64,000 nt of DNA from Trichoplax adhaerens (GCF_000150275.1 NW_002060946.1:34678-98677); one strand, 5' to 3'; positions 25,085 through 39,900 are shown, counted from the first letter of the stretch. Numbers and translations are program-made. The notes: a model not told the origin generated them from the sequence alone.

Positions 25085-27705
25085 TTAAACCGACCTCGGA
25101 AAATCAATTTTGCTAATAGTATCTCGAATTAATCCTAAAAGCTCCGAATGCTGATGAGGACTTTCGAGTATGACTTCATGTAATTTGCTCATATATGCAT
25201 CAATTGTATTAATTGATGGAGGGCTATCGATCCCAGGAATTTCAATATTAGTGAAGCAATGTACTAGAGATGACCGCAAATCTTCCAAATGATTTTCCAG
25301 TAATATATTATGATTTCTCTGCTGCTCCGCTTCACTTTCTAATTTTTGCAAGGCATCTTTCATTTGTTCGATATGCTTACTCAAGATAGCGTTACGCTCC
25401 TCATAGTCAGCATTAGATTTTCGTAATTGACGTAATTCAACTTCCCGTGCTACATTTTAAAAGCAGAAACTAGATTACAGCTTGAAAATTATAGGTTAAC
25501 CTTAGCTGAATATATCTGAGTACCTTTATTCTCGTCTAGGAATTCTTCAGTAAAAACTGGAGTACCAATATTAAGTCCACTGTTATCCTCTCTTTTGTCA
25601 GATTGATAATTCCCTTCCCTTCGTCCTTGATACTATTTATAATCATGAAGTGAGAGATTCCTCCAGTTACATTAAACTAAGACAATAAGCTATATGCTAA
25701 CTCTTATATCATGTTTTAGGCAACAAGAATATAATTGATACAGTAAGTTGATAAATAACTTACCGAATGTTCAGAAAGTCCTGGTTCTCTGCTATCACTA
25801 TCTGTTGTCAAAAATATTACACATTATTCCAAATATCACTAGGCATAGACTTGCTACTACACAGCTGCAAGATAAAGCTAACCAACCTCGATGTCTCTTG
25901 TAGGAATTCTTCTTAACAAATGTCTTATAAGTCTCACTTTTTTCATAGTCCTCTAATTCTTTAAGGTATCTCTCTTTATCTTTTTCAGCTTCGTCTAAAT
26001 ACCTCTGTGCAAATAAGAAAATGATGCGTAATCAAAATATCGCACTAAAATTAAAGACAACAACAAATACAATTTACAAACACACCAAAACATATAAGAC
26101 ATCATAAAAGATGACCGGTCGGTTTAAGCAGACTAACATGAGCTATTTTATAAAAGCAATAGTAAGACGAACTAGAGTATAATAAGAATTTGCTTAAACC
26201 TGTTTTTCACTTATCGGTAGCGAGCTCCATTTTGTACCAAGTATTTTAGTAATTTCAGAAAATGGCAGATCGGGATTTTCTGCTCTTACTTTTTCACGAC
26301 TATCATTTAGAAATCTGACGTATCCAGTATGTGGAGCCTTAGGTGCATTTGAGTCTTTACTAGAAAATCTCTTACGCTTACGACCTTTCGGCCAACCACC
26401 CCGTTTGACCTTAGCCTGACAAAATATTATCCATCAAACAAGGAGAAACTCTGACCATTTACAATACCATGCATATAAAAGATTACCATTGATTAACTGA
26501 TATTGTACCTTATCATCTGATCGGTCCTCTTGCGAAGAAAGTTGATTATTGTCTAGATGGTTATTACTATCATTATCGTAATGCGAATCTAAGACAAAAC
26601 GTTAAAAAGTTCAATCGCAACAACCTTTAGCCTTAAGGAATAGAACAACGTTCCTGTATCTAAATGTTATAAAAGCACACTAAAATGTTCGACAGTATAC
26701 TTCAAATGACAAGCGCTACCAAGTAAACATATCTCGATCGTTAACCTAACATTTCGAACGTGTCCTTTATTCCAGTATTTCTGTATGATGATTACTGTCA
26801 GCAACTACCTTACAGTAATGATATACGAGTGTGATACTCTAATTCAAAATTTTACGAGAATGAAGATACCTTGAATAGTATACGATTCTCCAGGAACCAG
26901 CTCTTGCCCTTCTCGACTCGCAAAATTGATGTTATCGTTATCACCGTTATACCTTAAACTGTGAAAACAGAAGATTTTCAAAAATTACTTTTAAGGTAAA
27001 TAATGTCAATTACCAAGGATGCCTGTATACAGTATGAAAGTATAAAAGGAATGGTACAAGGACATTTACTCAACTAGAATAAAATGTCAACTGTAAAAAA
27101 AGGCTAATCCGTGAAGCATGTCCAGTATATTCCATATATAGAATTTGTAAATCTAGAGTACTAGGGGACATACCCATGTAAATTCTGCCCCTTAGCCACA
27201 TCTTGCGTCAAATCAGATATATATTCTAGGCTAGTATTATTGGGTGGAACTTCCTCTGAAAATTATATGATCGTTTGAGTTTGGATTACCCTTACAATAT
27301 AAAACAAATTAGGCATGCGAATATTCACTCGTCCGTGCACTAGATTCAATTGCGAATTGTTTCATTGACGACTTTCTAACATGTAATCAGTGTAGAATAA
27401 ATGCTACGCTACAGGCAATTCAGAGTAAAGCATGTCTTATCATTGTTACCGGCAGTACTTCTACTATCGGAATTAGTACCGGTGCTATTGGCACGATTGA
27501 ATATAGCAGTAGACGATGTTGCGCTTGCTTCGACATCGGGTAAATTATTTCCGCTTGTAATTATTCTACCGCCTTCATTGGTGGTACTACGACGGATATT
27601 ATTTACTTGTTCCATACCATGAGCACGATCTGTTGGGGTATCACTAGTTGACGTATCACTGGCGATAGAGCCATCTTGAGGTAATAATGGCTTGTTATTT
27701 GACAT
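25085..27705 (-). CDS. HMG20: HMG20A/HMG20B (BRAF35)-family HMG-box protein, multi-exon
   Basis: GWPKGRKRK...[44 protein letters not shown] box (26200-26417), then [25 protein letters not shown] coiled coil and the family C-terminus. N-terminal exon boundaries are less certain. Confidence 0.93.
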
Positions 27706-28363
27706 TGCTAGTCAATGAAGTTATTAGCAAGAGCAGTCAAATAATATCCAAAAATTATTTCCTACAGCTGAAAATATTCAATTCCTTAGGCCAGCGATCG
27801 AAAGAGTCGACGTCGACACTCAAACAAGGCAATCATAACTACCGACTACAGTAGTGACCAGCGCTAAAAGACTGCAATTGCATCCGTTGGCGTCGTGCTG
27901 TACAGTGTACAGTACCCTGGACACAGTGTACAGTACTTGACTTTACTGTACAGTACAAAGAGTGTCCATGTACTGTACACTGTACACTGGTCCTGTGACC
28001 ATTAAGATATTACATGTCCACTTGTCCAGTCCGGTACCGATACTGTACTGGACTGGAACTTAGTTAAACCCACTTTAGTCTATTACTGTACCAATCATCC
28101 AGTACAGTACAGTATGTATAACGCAGCTTAAGCCATATCATGGGTGTGGCGAGCTCTGTATGCTGATTGAGCGTAGCCCTTTACCTTCATTCGATTTGAA
28201 GTTATCAAGGACTAACATTCAATTTGAATAGCACATACACGTCAGCATATCCTTACCACTTTGAGTCATTGGCATTTGATGTTTTTTATTTTATTTCTTA
28301 GCGTAGTACTATATTTAGTTATTGAATCATCTTTCAAATTTCCAATACAAACCATCAGTCACC

Positions 28364-28677
28364 AGTATACTGTACTGTACAGTGTACAGTACTGTACAGT
28401 ACTGTATGTATATACTGTACAGTACACTACTGAACGTGCGCAGGTCAGCACGTGCACCCACCGTGAAATTTCCCGGACTGTACAGTACTGTACTGTACAC
28501 TACAGTCTGTAAGTGTCTAGTTGCACCGTACCATACAGTACAGTACACTAGAAATACAGTAGTACATCGGGAACTTGTTACGGATAACTGGAAAGAAGGA
28601 AGCCTCTTGACTGTAGTACAGCATACTGTAGTGCAAGTAGGAAATTCGCAATACAGTACAGTACAGTGTACAGTACT
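28364..28677. repeat. Longest TACAGTA/TACTGTA array in the window
   Basis: For example tactgtactgtacagtgtacagtactgtacagtactgta. Similar arrays at 10369, 10961, 20158, 20987, 21443, 22414, 27898, 52405 and 54388. Confidence 0.9.
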
Positions 28678-28908
28678 CGATTTTTTGGATGCAGGAATAT
28701 CTCTCTGGTCGCATGTTGCCAAGCGAATTGTGTAATTGATAAGTACGTCTCTGACAATTTATGGACAGGCAAATTTGCACCGTCAAAATACAGTAAAAGT
28801 ATGTATACGAATACCAAGAACTACACCGATATTAATGTAATCCATTCAATGACCTGTACATATTATATATGCATGCATTATAGACTGTAATTACCAGCGT
28901 CCTATGTC

Positions 28909-29140
28909 TACGGACTGGAGCATTGACCAAAATAATTTTAAAATAGTACTACAGACAATGATAGCGTAATCCATCCAATGAGCTGTACGTATTATATAAT
29001 ATATATATACTAGTACAAACTCCCGTCGCTTTGCTGACGGTTTACGATAATGTGCTCATTTAACAGATAGTATTACCATTTGATAGACCTGTCAGATACG
29101 GACTGGAGCATCGACCAAATAATTTTAAAATAGTACTACA
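28909..29140. repeat. ~44-bp direct repeat pair (28909-28952, 29097-29140)
   Basis: tacggactggagcat(t/c)gaccaaa(a)taattttaaaatagtactaca occurs twice. Confidence 0.9.
29009..29043 (-). mobile_element. Helitron-type 3' terminus
   Basis: Minus strand reads CCGTC-AGCAAAGC-GACGG hairpin, a 9-nt spacer, then CTAG|T. Confidence 0.55.
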
Positions 29141-29181
29141 TAATCCATTATAGCGATATGAAGATTCAATTTTTATTGCCA

Positions 29182-30204
29182 TTAATCGCATACATCTGGT
29201 TTACGTAATCGATGGAAGTAATACATAATTTTGGGAGACATTGGATTGGTACAACAGTTCCAAGATGGTAAATACATAAAATAGGCTTGACGAAAAGCGC
29301 TACAGTAATAATTATAAATCAAGGGATTAATAATAGTGGAAATAAGATAGAGAATGATACCTAAACGTATCATAAAGAGACCAGTCCCTTTATTTTCTGT
29401 CGTAATCTTATCTCGAGCTGCTAGCATAGTTGGTACATAAATAACAACAGCGGTAAAAATCATAAAGGTCATAGTACTGACTATTAACATTTTAAAAATA
29501 TGCTTCCGACGATTTCGAACGGATAAGGCTATGCTATTATTGCTAATGATTAAATTAGCAATCGTGAATCGTGTAATATACATCCATATTCGAATGTAAG
29601 CAGTGATAATCATTATTAACGGTAAAAGATAAACAATAATACTGTAGATAATTAAATAATATCGAAATTGTTGAATATTGAAACTATATAATTCACATCG
29701 ACAAGGTTCGCGAGGATACATTCGAAATAAATATAAATACGGAAAAGATAAACCAAAAGAGAGGGTCCATAACGAAAAGATCATTATAATTAGATTCCAT
29801 TTTTTTCTGGCCAAGTTGTTATCTTTTTTTCTCAAGACCATAATTCTAAATCGTTCTATGCTAATTGCCGCCAGCGTATAGATACCGACCGTGATACCAC
29901 CGACAATGGTAACACCAGAAATTCTACAATAAGTATCAACATTAAAGGCCGTCCAATTAGGCTTTAAGACAAATAGTGAAATTCCAGAATGAAAAGATAA
30001 AGCAATGGCGGTGACAACATCGCCAAGAGCTAAATTGAAAATTAACACAAATAGCATTTTGTGGAGATCATTACATCGAATAATTGCAAAACATGAAATG
30101 CTGTTTAGTATTAATGAAAGTACAACCAGTGGCAATAAATAGTAAAAAAATTTATTTTCTGAAGTATGGTCACTAGCATGATCGATATTAGTTAAATTAT
30201 CCAT
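29182..30204 (-). CDS. Intronless rhodopsin-class (peptide-receptor-like) orphan GPCR
   Basis: N-glycosylation sequon NLT, NLALGD in TM2, C at the top of TM3, ISIERF, W in TM4, YLLPLIMIITAYIRI in TM5, INPLIY in TM7 and AFRQA helix 8. Confidence 0.92.
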   Translation of the reverse strand: MDNLTNIDHASDHTSENKFFYYLLPLVVLSLILNSISCFAIIRCNDLHKMLFVLIFNLALGDVVTAIALSFHSGISLFVLKPNWTAFNVDTYCRISGVTIVGGITVGIYTLAAISIERFRIMVLRKKDNNLARKKWNLIIMIFSLWTLSFGLSFPYLYLFRMYPREPCRCELYSFNIQQFRYYLIIYSIIVYLLPLIMIITAYIRIWMYITRFTIANLIISNNSIALSVRNRRKHIFKMLIVSTMTFMIFTAVVIYVPTMLAARDKITTENKGTGLFMIRLGIILYLISTIINPLIYNYYCSAFRQAYFMYLPSWNCCTNPMSPKIMYYFHRLRKPDVCD

Positions 30205-33200
30205 GACCTTCTATAAACTAGAATATCTGTCTTCAATTTCGTAACTTGAAAAGTAACCTTTTATCCTAAAGCATAAACGCCAGTTTAGAGACCATTCAAC
30301 CAATCATATGTCATTACCATTAAGACGAACTCGATCATAAATGATTTAATCAGAAATATAGCTGAATATATTCTAGCATCAAATCAACATCTAAATCATA
30401 ATCTATGTATAATTAATACATAGCCAAAACTTAACTCGACATAAACACGAATACAGTAGCTACCGTTATCTGAACGAAATATAATTAGTAGAATATCTAA
30501 TATGCACAACTGTATGACTGATCTAATGATGCCAAACAATAAGGGAATGTAACACCACTAACAATAGTAGCGTCATAAATTGATAATAAGTATTGATATC
30601 ATTCACCGAGATTTTATAAGTATCTCAATGTATCTGAAATGACTTAGGTCACTTGAGTTTTGTAGAGATGGCGAAATCAATCTTGTTGAAGCTTGTTATA
30701 TTTTATGATCGGTTTAAGTACATTAGAGCAATTCAGAGGAAAGCAATAAAAATAATAGCTTGATAAATAGTTAATCGCAGAATTTAATTATATGTGATTA
30801 ATTTATTATTTAAAATGGAAAGCAGAATAGGTGAGAGATTATTCTATCTATAATTTATCGATGTTCTCCATAATCGTATTATTTTCCATTTACGTAAATG
30901 GTGAGATACCATATACTTTATTCAATTAATACTGATCATAGGATCTACACTGCCAGCATGCTATAATATTTATTTTTCACTGTTACAGACATTGGTAGCA
31001 ATTGCTTTAGTCAACAATCATGAGCCATTATTAATGGAATAAGCACCCCCCCCAACGGTGGTGATCCAAAATTAGCATGGCTAATAATTACATTAGACTC
31101 TTCTATTTTAGCAGAAACGGTACCAAGAGCAGGTTTGATAATATGCCGATAGCATCGAATAGCAGTGGATAAAATCAGTATCTTAGAATTAATATGCATT
31201 TGACTATAAAAATATAATATGACCATGATGCATTATAACTCAATCCAATTTCTGTGTTAAATGTTAATGAAAGTCTTTAGAAAATGGAAAAAAGTATGGA
31301 AGAGAAGCTAATGTAGCAGCGTATAGCAATATTTTAAATCTAAAATATGTACATATTTTTATTTCTTTTCTTGTTGTAATCATTTTTATAATCCGTCACT
31401 TACTCAGACTACTACACCCCATGTAAAACTACATTTGCTATACCATAAATTTAATTTACGCATTTGCTTCACTAAATTTAAATACATTTTCGGGTTAAAA
31501 TTAACTTCCTTACGTGGGTAGATCTTTTAATTGGATGCGTTATAGCACCATTAGTTATTTAAATCAATTACGATAAAAATAAGTGATAACAATATAAAAT
31601 TAATTGCAACAATTTCGATTAACGTATCGAAATAGCGATGTCATACAATGCACGCCTTCTATTCATTCAGCAGATCGAGTTTATGATTTCAATCTTCATT
31701 ATTTATGAATTTCTTTAAAAATATGAAGAAAAATGAATTGTTACAATCAAATTATAGCTATAGCACCAAAATTTAATAACATCTTGGACTACTAAAATAT
31801 TCAGCAACCTAAATCATCATAATGGAGGTAAATTACATCAACCTAATATCTTATTAATAGGCAACGAAATAATCACAGATGAGTCGAATATGATGAACAC
31901 TTTGATTGATGTTACATTAATATGGCTATAAATCAAAAATATGGCTTGACGTAATAAATATCAATTATTCATGGAAATTTTGAGACTTTATGTGACAAGT
32001 ATATTCCTGTCCAGGATATTTTTGCACTACTGATATACTATACTAAGAGTAATATATAAATACAATAATTAGAATTAAAATAAATATCGCATCCAGTACT
32101 ACTAACGTCATTGATTCGAGCTTAATGAAATAATTTAAATTGCGTTTGCATTTATACATCCATTAACTTTTAATATATAATTCCACGATATTGATCCCAA
32201 ATTAAATTCTTTAATTAATATTTTGAAGAAATATCTGAAGAAGATTTACAATTGACAGATTCCTAATTTTCCCCAGCTACATCCTATATGCAGCATAAAC
32301 TACATTTAGTGCTAAAGCTACTTCACGCTTTAAAATATTATTTAAACGTTTTTCTTTCTAACAATCTATCTGACAAAGACAAATGTATCATACGTCATTA
32401 ACACTATATATTATAATCCTGCAAACGCAGTTACGCTATATTAAATAATAGCATTTTATATCATTTTAGACTTGCACAGATAGCTAGCTTAACGAAATTT
32501 TAATGACATTACCATATTAAATAATCCGGTAAAAACCGTTACAGTTCTTTAAATTGTGTAGAGTAGCGTCATGATAAAGTCCATAATTCTGATTGCATTT
32601 CTTCACTGCTATTCTTAAACGGCTCATTCTCTAATTTATTTATATTCTTAAAATAAAAATGTATAGCGCTTTTAAATGAAATAAATTGCGTTAAGACTTT
32701 GAGTTTACTTTATCACTCACCTTGTCTCAGCTTTGTTTTTTGATTTTATACGAGAGTATAGGTATATACTAAAATAATTTTCTATATATTGTTACAAAGA
32801 AGGAACATTGTCTGCTGTTAATCATAAAAGAGCTAATTTTTGATACTACTTTACTTTATATCAACCATAACTAGAGTCTTGCATAAAACTGGGCATAAGT
32901 AATTCTATAATATACAATAGAAGTGTACCCAAATAAAAAATCTTTCCATAGAGAGCAGGCTGTCCACGTAAAATCCAAATTTAAAAAATTGGCTACATTT
33001 GTCAATGCAATTTAATCATCTCGAATATCAAGTGCATTCATATTCTCTTCGTGATATTGCTATCCTATTCACTGATAAGGATAGGAAATAATTAAAATTT
33101 TCTTACAAAATATTTTTAGTTGCACGAAAACATATCGAAATTAACGATAGTACATCTCTTCAAAGTCTCTGAAGCCGATTAATCATGTCATACTGTTTCT

Positions 33201-35517
33201 ATTCACAGAAGTTAAGTACAAATATTAATAGTTCTATGCCCTTTGTTGATAGAAATTTTTAGTAAGCTAGGATTACTTAAGAAAAAGAGTGAATTACGTA
33301 AGCTTGCTGCGTAGAAGCCCTTTCATTTTGGCTGTATCAATTAATCCTCATTATCATTAATCGCGCATATAGTTTTAAATCAACGCTCTAGATAATCGCT
33401 AAACTTCTATAATAATTATGTAAAGAATATGTGTTGCTTTAAGAACAACTGCATCGTGATTACGGCATATTATTAAAAAGCTGCTTTAACTGGTCTATTC
33501 TCCTTAAAACAAGATCGAAGTTACGGCTGCAAGCTAATAAAGAGTTGAAAATTTATTAGTAAAAATATAATAACAACTTCAATAGAATATTCAAAACGAG
33601 ATTATTATTATCGCTGTATTACGGTAATCAAATTTTCATAGTAGTCATATTGTTTCTAATTATGCTACAAGTCGGTACATTTAAGGGTGTTTTCATCCAT
33701 AAAGATAATAAATTGATTATAAAAGAACCTTTGTGCAAACAAAAGGTCATTATATAATAATATTTTATTTAGAAGATTCTCAATTATATTAAGGCTACGA
33801 CGGCGATAAAATTGCAATGATTTTAGTATGCTCTTACATAGTTATAGCACGATAATACCAAAGAATTTGACGTAACAACGTGACATAAAAATCTTTTCAT
33901 AAAATAATAATTAGTAATATTATTTGTATTGCAATGTAATATTACAGTTACATAATCGACTGTCAATTGGAGTAGCAGAGTGTCTTGCTATATCCGTATA
34001 CCATGCTGCTATACGTTAAAAGATCTGATATAACAAGGTTTTAAAAATGTAGGGACGTTAGCAGTATTAACTAATCATAAAAATAACCAAGAAATTATTA
34101 CTTAATTTTAACTACTTGGATAGGAATCATTCTCAAATTCTTTTCTTACATGATTAAGTAAAAGTTAAAACATATTGTTGAACTTATTTTAATTACCGGT
34201 AGTCTACAGATTCAGATAATGACTTCATGATACAAAGTAATATTGTTACCTCATTCAACGGATTTAATTTGCATACTCCAAACACCGCAATCTTTCTTCT
34301 ATTCAACAATAACCTCTAAGGAAACATGTCATACACTACCGTGTAAAATACCAACGTTATGTTTCAATTATCTAGTTTTTAATTGACTTCTTTATATTCA
34401 TTTCCTAAGGTAACTTTAGAATATCATTTTAAATTCTTTATATAGGTTAAAAGCTTGCAATAACTCTATCAACTGGAAATACTGTTTTCATAATGAATAT
34501 CCTTAATAAAGTTGTGTATTCTTAATTTTGGAACTGATCAACAATTTATACGTAATTATTCCTACCTACAGGTATTTATATTATTCTTATCAAGAGATCG
34601 ATATCATTTTTGCGCCGACGTAGTGAAGCATATCATAGCTATCAGCGAATTTTTTTTTCTTCGTAGCCAAATTCTCATGATTAATAAATACGTTAAGGCG
34701 CATAATTTATGATCGCTTATTCTCTCTAATACATCATTATAATGGTTCAGAAACCTTGATTAATAAACATACACTTTCGATCGCTTGAGTTACGGTGCTT
34801 AACGACTACGGTTGTAAAGTACCTTTAAGAATGTGTGCAATGTTGGCATCTTTTTAGGATAAGGTCTGGCACCTATAAAGATTTAGTTTAGCTTATAGCA
34901 TGACTAGCTTAGCGTTGTAAAGAGTAATCCAACATTGCTGTAAATACAGTGTAAGCGTATTACCATCAATGCGCCGAATTGGCTAACACCTTTCATAAAT
35001 TCACATATCCATTTCAACACTCTTGATTGAGACAAATCAACTAGCGTTAGTTGTAGCTTTTATCAATGTTAATAAAACGCGTTAGCAAATCTGATGCATT
35101 TCGGTCATATTTATATGCAAAGTTATCAGCACATCATAGCAAGTATTTATGAGCAATCAATGAGACAACAAAATTTTAAATCAACATATTTTATGTAAAT
35201 ACCCTTCATAGAGCGCATGGCTCTATTACGTCTACTGATTGTAAGAATATAATTGGATGAACTTTACTCAATCACATATTAGTTTTTTCACGCAAATTGC
35301 AAGGAGGGAAAAAAGGGCTGTAGAATTGCAATCGTCCTAAATCATCGATCATGTTCGATCGAAGTATGTTGTAAAACAAATTGAAAATCGCGATGAAATA
35401 TAAATTAGTAATATAAGGAACTTATTAAGCCTATCTAACAGGATTAATTCTTGAACTAAGAAATAGCCTTGGTCAATGAATTATAAGAGTTAAGATTCTA
35501 TTTTGAGCCAAGGGTGA

Positions 35518-35588
35518 TGACGTCAGGGAATAATTAATCAAGTACAATACGATCTCAATGGGCTAATGGATCATGTTACTATAGCAAC
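35518..35588. promoter_or_regulatory. CRE palindrome plus RFX X-box upstream of the 36971 gene
   Basis: TGACGTCA at 35518-35525 and GTTACTATAGCAAC at 35575-35588. Confidence 0.5.
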
Positions 35589-36970
35589 GGTTGAGGAAAG
35601 ATTCATGAAAATGACCCCTGATACGGGTTGTCGTCATATCCACTTGGATACCGATTTATTTTTAGTTTATTGGTATCATGATTGACATCAATAAATCCGT
35701 GATTAGAGATGATAGTGTAAGCTACGATTAAATGTCAATTTACATACACATCCCTATCGTGTCTATACGCAACAGGATAGATCTATTTTCTATGGTAAAT
35801 GCTGTACTTGTAGGTAGAGCTTCCATCCTAGTGATAGAATCAACACATAAACTTTTCTTACTATTCTATCATATTAAGTGGTGCGCATTTAAATGATTAC
35901 ACCTTCTGAATAAAAAAACATTATAGAAACGAATTTGAAGTCAGAAGTGAATTGGGTCTAAGGTAAATAAGGATTTTTTTCCTCTTAATTTTATCTAGAA
36001 TAGGTTTCTTTGTACAACATGGTTCAATATAAATGTTATTTTTTGGAGTCTGATGTTTAAGGAATCAACCACAATCGAGTTTATCCCGTTATCGTTTTCA
36101 CTTATTTATTTTATTTAATAGAATTTAGACTAACTAACAGCAACAAATTGTACTATACTTTATATCGAGTAGAAGAAAAATTAGAAACAGTGATAGCAGA
36201 ACAATATTTGTTTCTACACCTTTTATTAATTCATCTCCAGACTAAACACAATTGATGCATCGCTATCCGCTATCGTAAGTAATATCTCGATTAACTAATC
36301 ATGACCTGATCAATAACAAATTCTATCCGATCGTAGCATCATCAAACTACTGTATAGATTCAGAAAAACATTAACGAAAAGGGTAGATAATATCAATATG
36401 GACATCCTTCCCAACTTAATTCTAAATTCTTATCCACTAAACTCTTATCAATTTTGTCTAACTAATCTCAATATTATCGAGTGAACTATTCCATTCGATA
36501 TCTGCAATAGAAAATTTTATCAATAGATTGTACAAAATTTCCCTCCGCTTAAAAGAACAAATAAATTTCATTTACGAACTAGAGAATAAAATTAACTTAG
36601 TTAAGTCTTACCTTCATAATATACAGTACGGTACCATTTGCACATTAACAGATAATATACTAGTGTTCTTTCTAAATCAACAAAGTTAAAAAATTATATA
36701 GTAATTGATTTTTCTACATAACAACTTAAATTTCGCTTTTTTAAAGCTTAAAAATCATACCAAAAAAGTATGGAAACTTCTTAACAGCAGATAGAAATAA
36801 TTTGCTAATTGACAAATAACTTGCTAATGGGTGATATTTTCTATATGATGCCCAAATATCATTAACGTATGACATTTAGGCTCTTTTCTAAATTTTCTTT
36901 ATCCAACTTTGTTAGGACAGGTTTATAGTTTGAAGAGAAAAAAGAATACTGAAACTTACTATTACAAACA

Positions 36971-39900
36971 ATGGGCACATGCATAGCTCCAGAAGCGCCT
37001 AAAGGCCCACCGGCTCAAGTTATATCATCACCACCGGCAGATTATACTGGTAGAAATGCTAGTAATCCTTATCAATCACCTGCAGTGGATACAACTATCC
37101 CTACAGGAGCACAGCAACAGCAGCAACTACAACAGCAACAACAATATCAACAACCATTTCTACCACCTCCAATGGAACAAAATGTCGGACAAGCTAATCT
37201 TAACCATCAAGAAATGACTGATACAAATACAGCATCGAATAATCAAAAATTGCCAACAGCACCTTCAGCTCCTCTAGAAATGCCACAAAAGCCAACACCA
37301 TCAGTGAAAGACCGCGTTAAAACGCCACCAGTACCTAAAAATCAACAAGAACGATTCGTCGACGAACAAGATGATACAAATGAGCCTAGTAGAAAAGCAA
37401 CACCTCCACCACAATTCGATAGTAAAGCCTCCCATCAAGGCAATGATAGTGATGAAGATTATGAAGATATTGAACCTGTTGATGTATACGAGGAAGTGGT
37501 TAAACAATACATGATTTTCGAAGAACAAATTATTCGCCTGAAGAAAACTTACAGTCATCAGAAATTAGATCACAGCCATTCAAACATGAAAGTATTACAA
37601 GAAAATATCCAAGTAGCTACTAAAAAGTTAGAAGATTTAAAGAGACAAACGTAAGTTCGATACCTCTATTCTATTTAGCTTTGTCTCTTAAAAATAATTT
37701 GAATTTTGAATTTAAATCTGGATATGGCATCAACAGGCGTATAATTTATGCATATCTTTAGCACTTTATGATTTTCTGGAACGCCCAATCTTTACGTTAA
37801 TTCTCACACATTTTTATTGTGACAAATCTCTAAGCATACGCTCTTCCTCATAGTAGTCTCTCACTTGTAATATCAAATATTATCTGAAAATATTTCGATG
37901 TCTTAAAGTAGATAGAAATTGTACTAAATTCATATTCTACCATCCTACATTATCATTGTTCTATCCTGTGTTCTTACTCCTAAGTTCAAAAGGATAGTAG
38001 GACATAAGGCAGCGTCTACTACTTACCTTATTGAGTCCAATTTCATTTATAGTATTATAGTAGCTACGTCAAGAACTATTTAAATCCATTTATAGCAAAG
38101 ATTACAACAGTTTTATAGACCCTTTTCTGATCTATGCTGTGTTGATATCAATAATTCTTAGTTTTGAACTTTACTATTTTCATCTTTGATATTTTATCTC
38201 ATACCCGCTATTCTATCACCGGAATTACCTTGCCCACTTAATTATTTATTCCAGACTAAGCTGCCCATTTGTAGATAAACCTTGTTATCAAATATATAAT
38301 AACAGACTACGAGAAATTACGAAATATAATAAAAATATGGGGAAAAGATCTTACTGATTACCGTACTAATGGAAAGCTAAATGGGATAGTGTAATAACGA
38401 CATAATATCATAATAATATCAATACAATTGTTAGGTAAGGGCTAATTTAGAATCAAACACGAAGAAAAACGCTCATTTTGTTAACAAAATACGATAGTAG
38501 ATATAATCGAATATTCATCAACATTCGATCGAACTCACAGTCAATAAATCTATTTAATAAGTATCTTAATAGCTGTAAACAACTGTATAATCAATCATGT
38601 AAAATCATGCCGTGCTCTACGAGCGATAAATAGCGTTACTCAAGACCTGTACCCCACTTGAAAGAAAATTCTTTGAAGTTTATTCTATTTCACGGATGAG
38701 GAAGACGAACAACGAGGGGTGGGGAAAGGCTCAATCAAATGGGCTGCTAAGGTTATTTGACCACGTAAACAAATGTGCTTCATTATACTATAGAAGAAAA
38801 TCCTTATGTAGTAGCTAAGAGATAGTGAGATTTAGATCGAATTAGAAACTGTCAAATCATTTTCAATTTTTCATTATCATTAATCATATGAAGTAACATC
38901 ATCAGATTTACTTCCTAAAATTACAGATTACTTTAGCATATTTATACGAATATTTAGTCTTGCTGACTTACTATTACAACTAGTCAATTAACAGATTCTT
39001 TCTAAAGAATCGATTTGAGGTATAGTAGCTAATACAGTAGTAGAATCGCTTCTTTAAATACCAAATTTATTAATCGAAAGATGGAACTCCTTGCATCTGT
39101 CGTTTCCGCATCTCTTGTTCAAAAAATAAACAAATCGGTTGCATTTTAATACAATATTCATTACTACGGCTGAATAAAATAAAATAAAATTGTCCCCCGT
39201 AGACATTTCCTTCATATTTTGATAGCCAATTAAAATGACTAGTTTGATCGGTCGATAATCATGAATTACATTGTTATCACTATCATATGTTAAAAGCACG
39301 TAGTCTATAAAATAGCAATTAGCTTATCGCCATACTATGTAGGAAGACTTTTTTTACAGTTAATAAAACGTTATAATGATGAACATTGATACAGTCAGCA
39401 TCGATTAAGTTCCATTTATTGGAACTCGTGCACATATATACGAAAAAATATCTGTCGGATGAAATTGAAGGTTAATACTCGTATGTTTAAGTCGTAATTC
39501 AAATTCAATATAGAGAGAAGTACATTAATTGGATATACATAAAAAGACGATTTTTGTTTTTCGATTAAAATCAGATATCTCGCGACGACGATGAAAGTAT
39601 TTGATCTAACATTGTCTGTCATTACGTCTATGAAAATAGACAAGAGGCTCTGATTCTATCCAAATATTCTCTTATATTATTCTTGAATAAGAAAAACAAT
39701 CACAATACCGTTACATTATAATTGCCGAGATAGGTATAGTGGATATTGTTCGACAATCCAGTGATGAAAAATAATCAGCGTTTCTAACGAGTTTATTATC
39801 ATTCTACGTCATCTATTATCCAAGCCAATTTCATTTGTATTCATCAACCCCTTTAAATAAATTATTTTAAAGTAACAATACTGCAAATCATACTTTAAAT

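Noticed and set aside
28247-28254. ATATCCTT resembling a U12-type 5' splice site
   Set aside because: No upstream exon or matching U12 branch point was identified.
28364-28677. CRISPR-like appearance of repeats with unique spacers
   Set aside because: Eukaryotic context, 5-7 bp units, irregular spacing and no cas genes.
30900-35400. Short ORFs and isolated splice-like sites upstream of the second GPCR
   Set aside because: No coherent exon chain or homology; at most 5' UTR exons.
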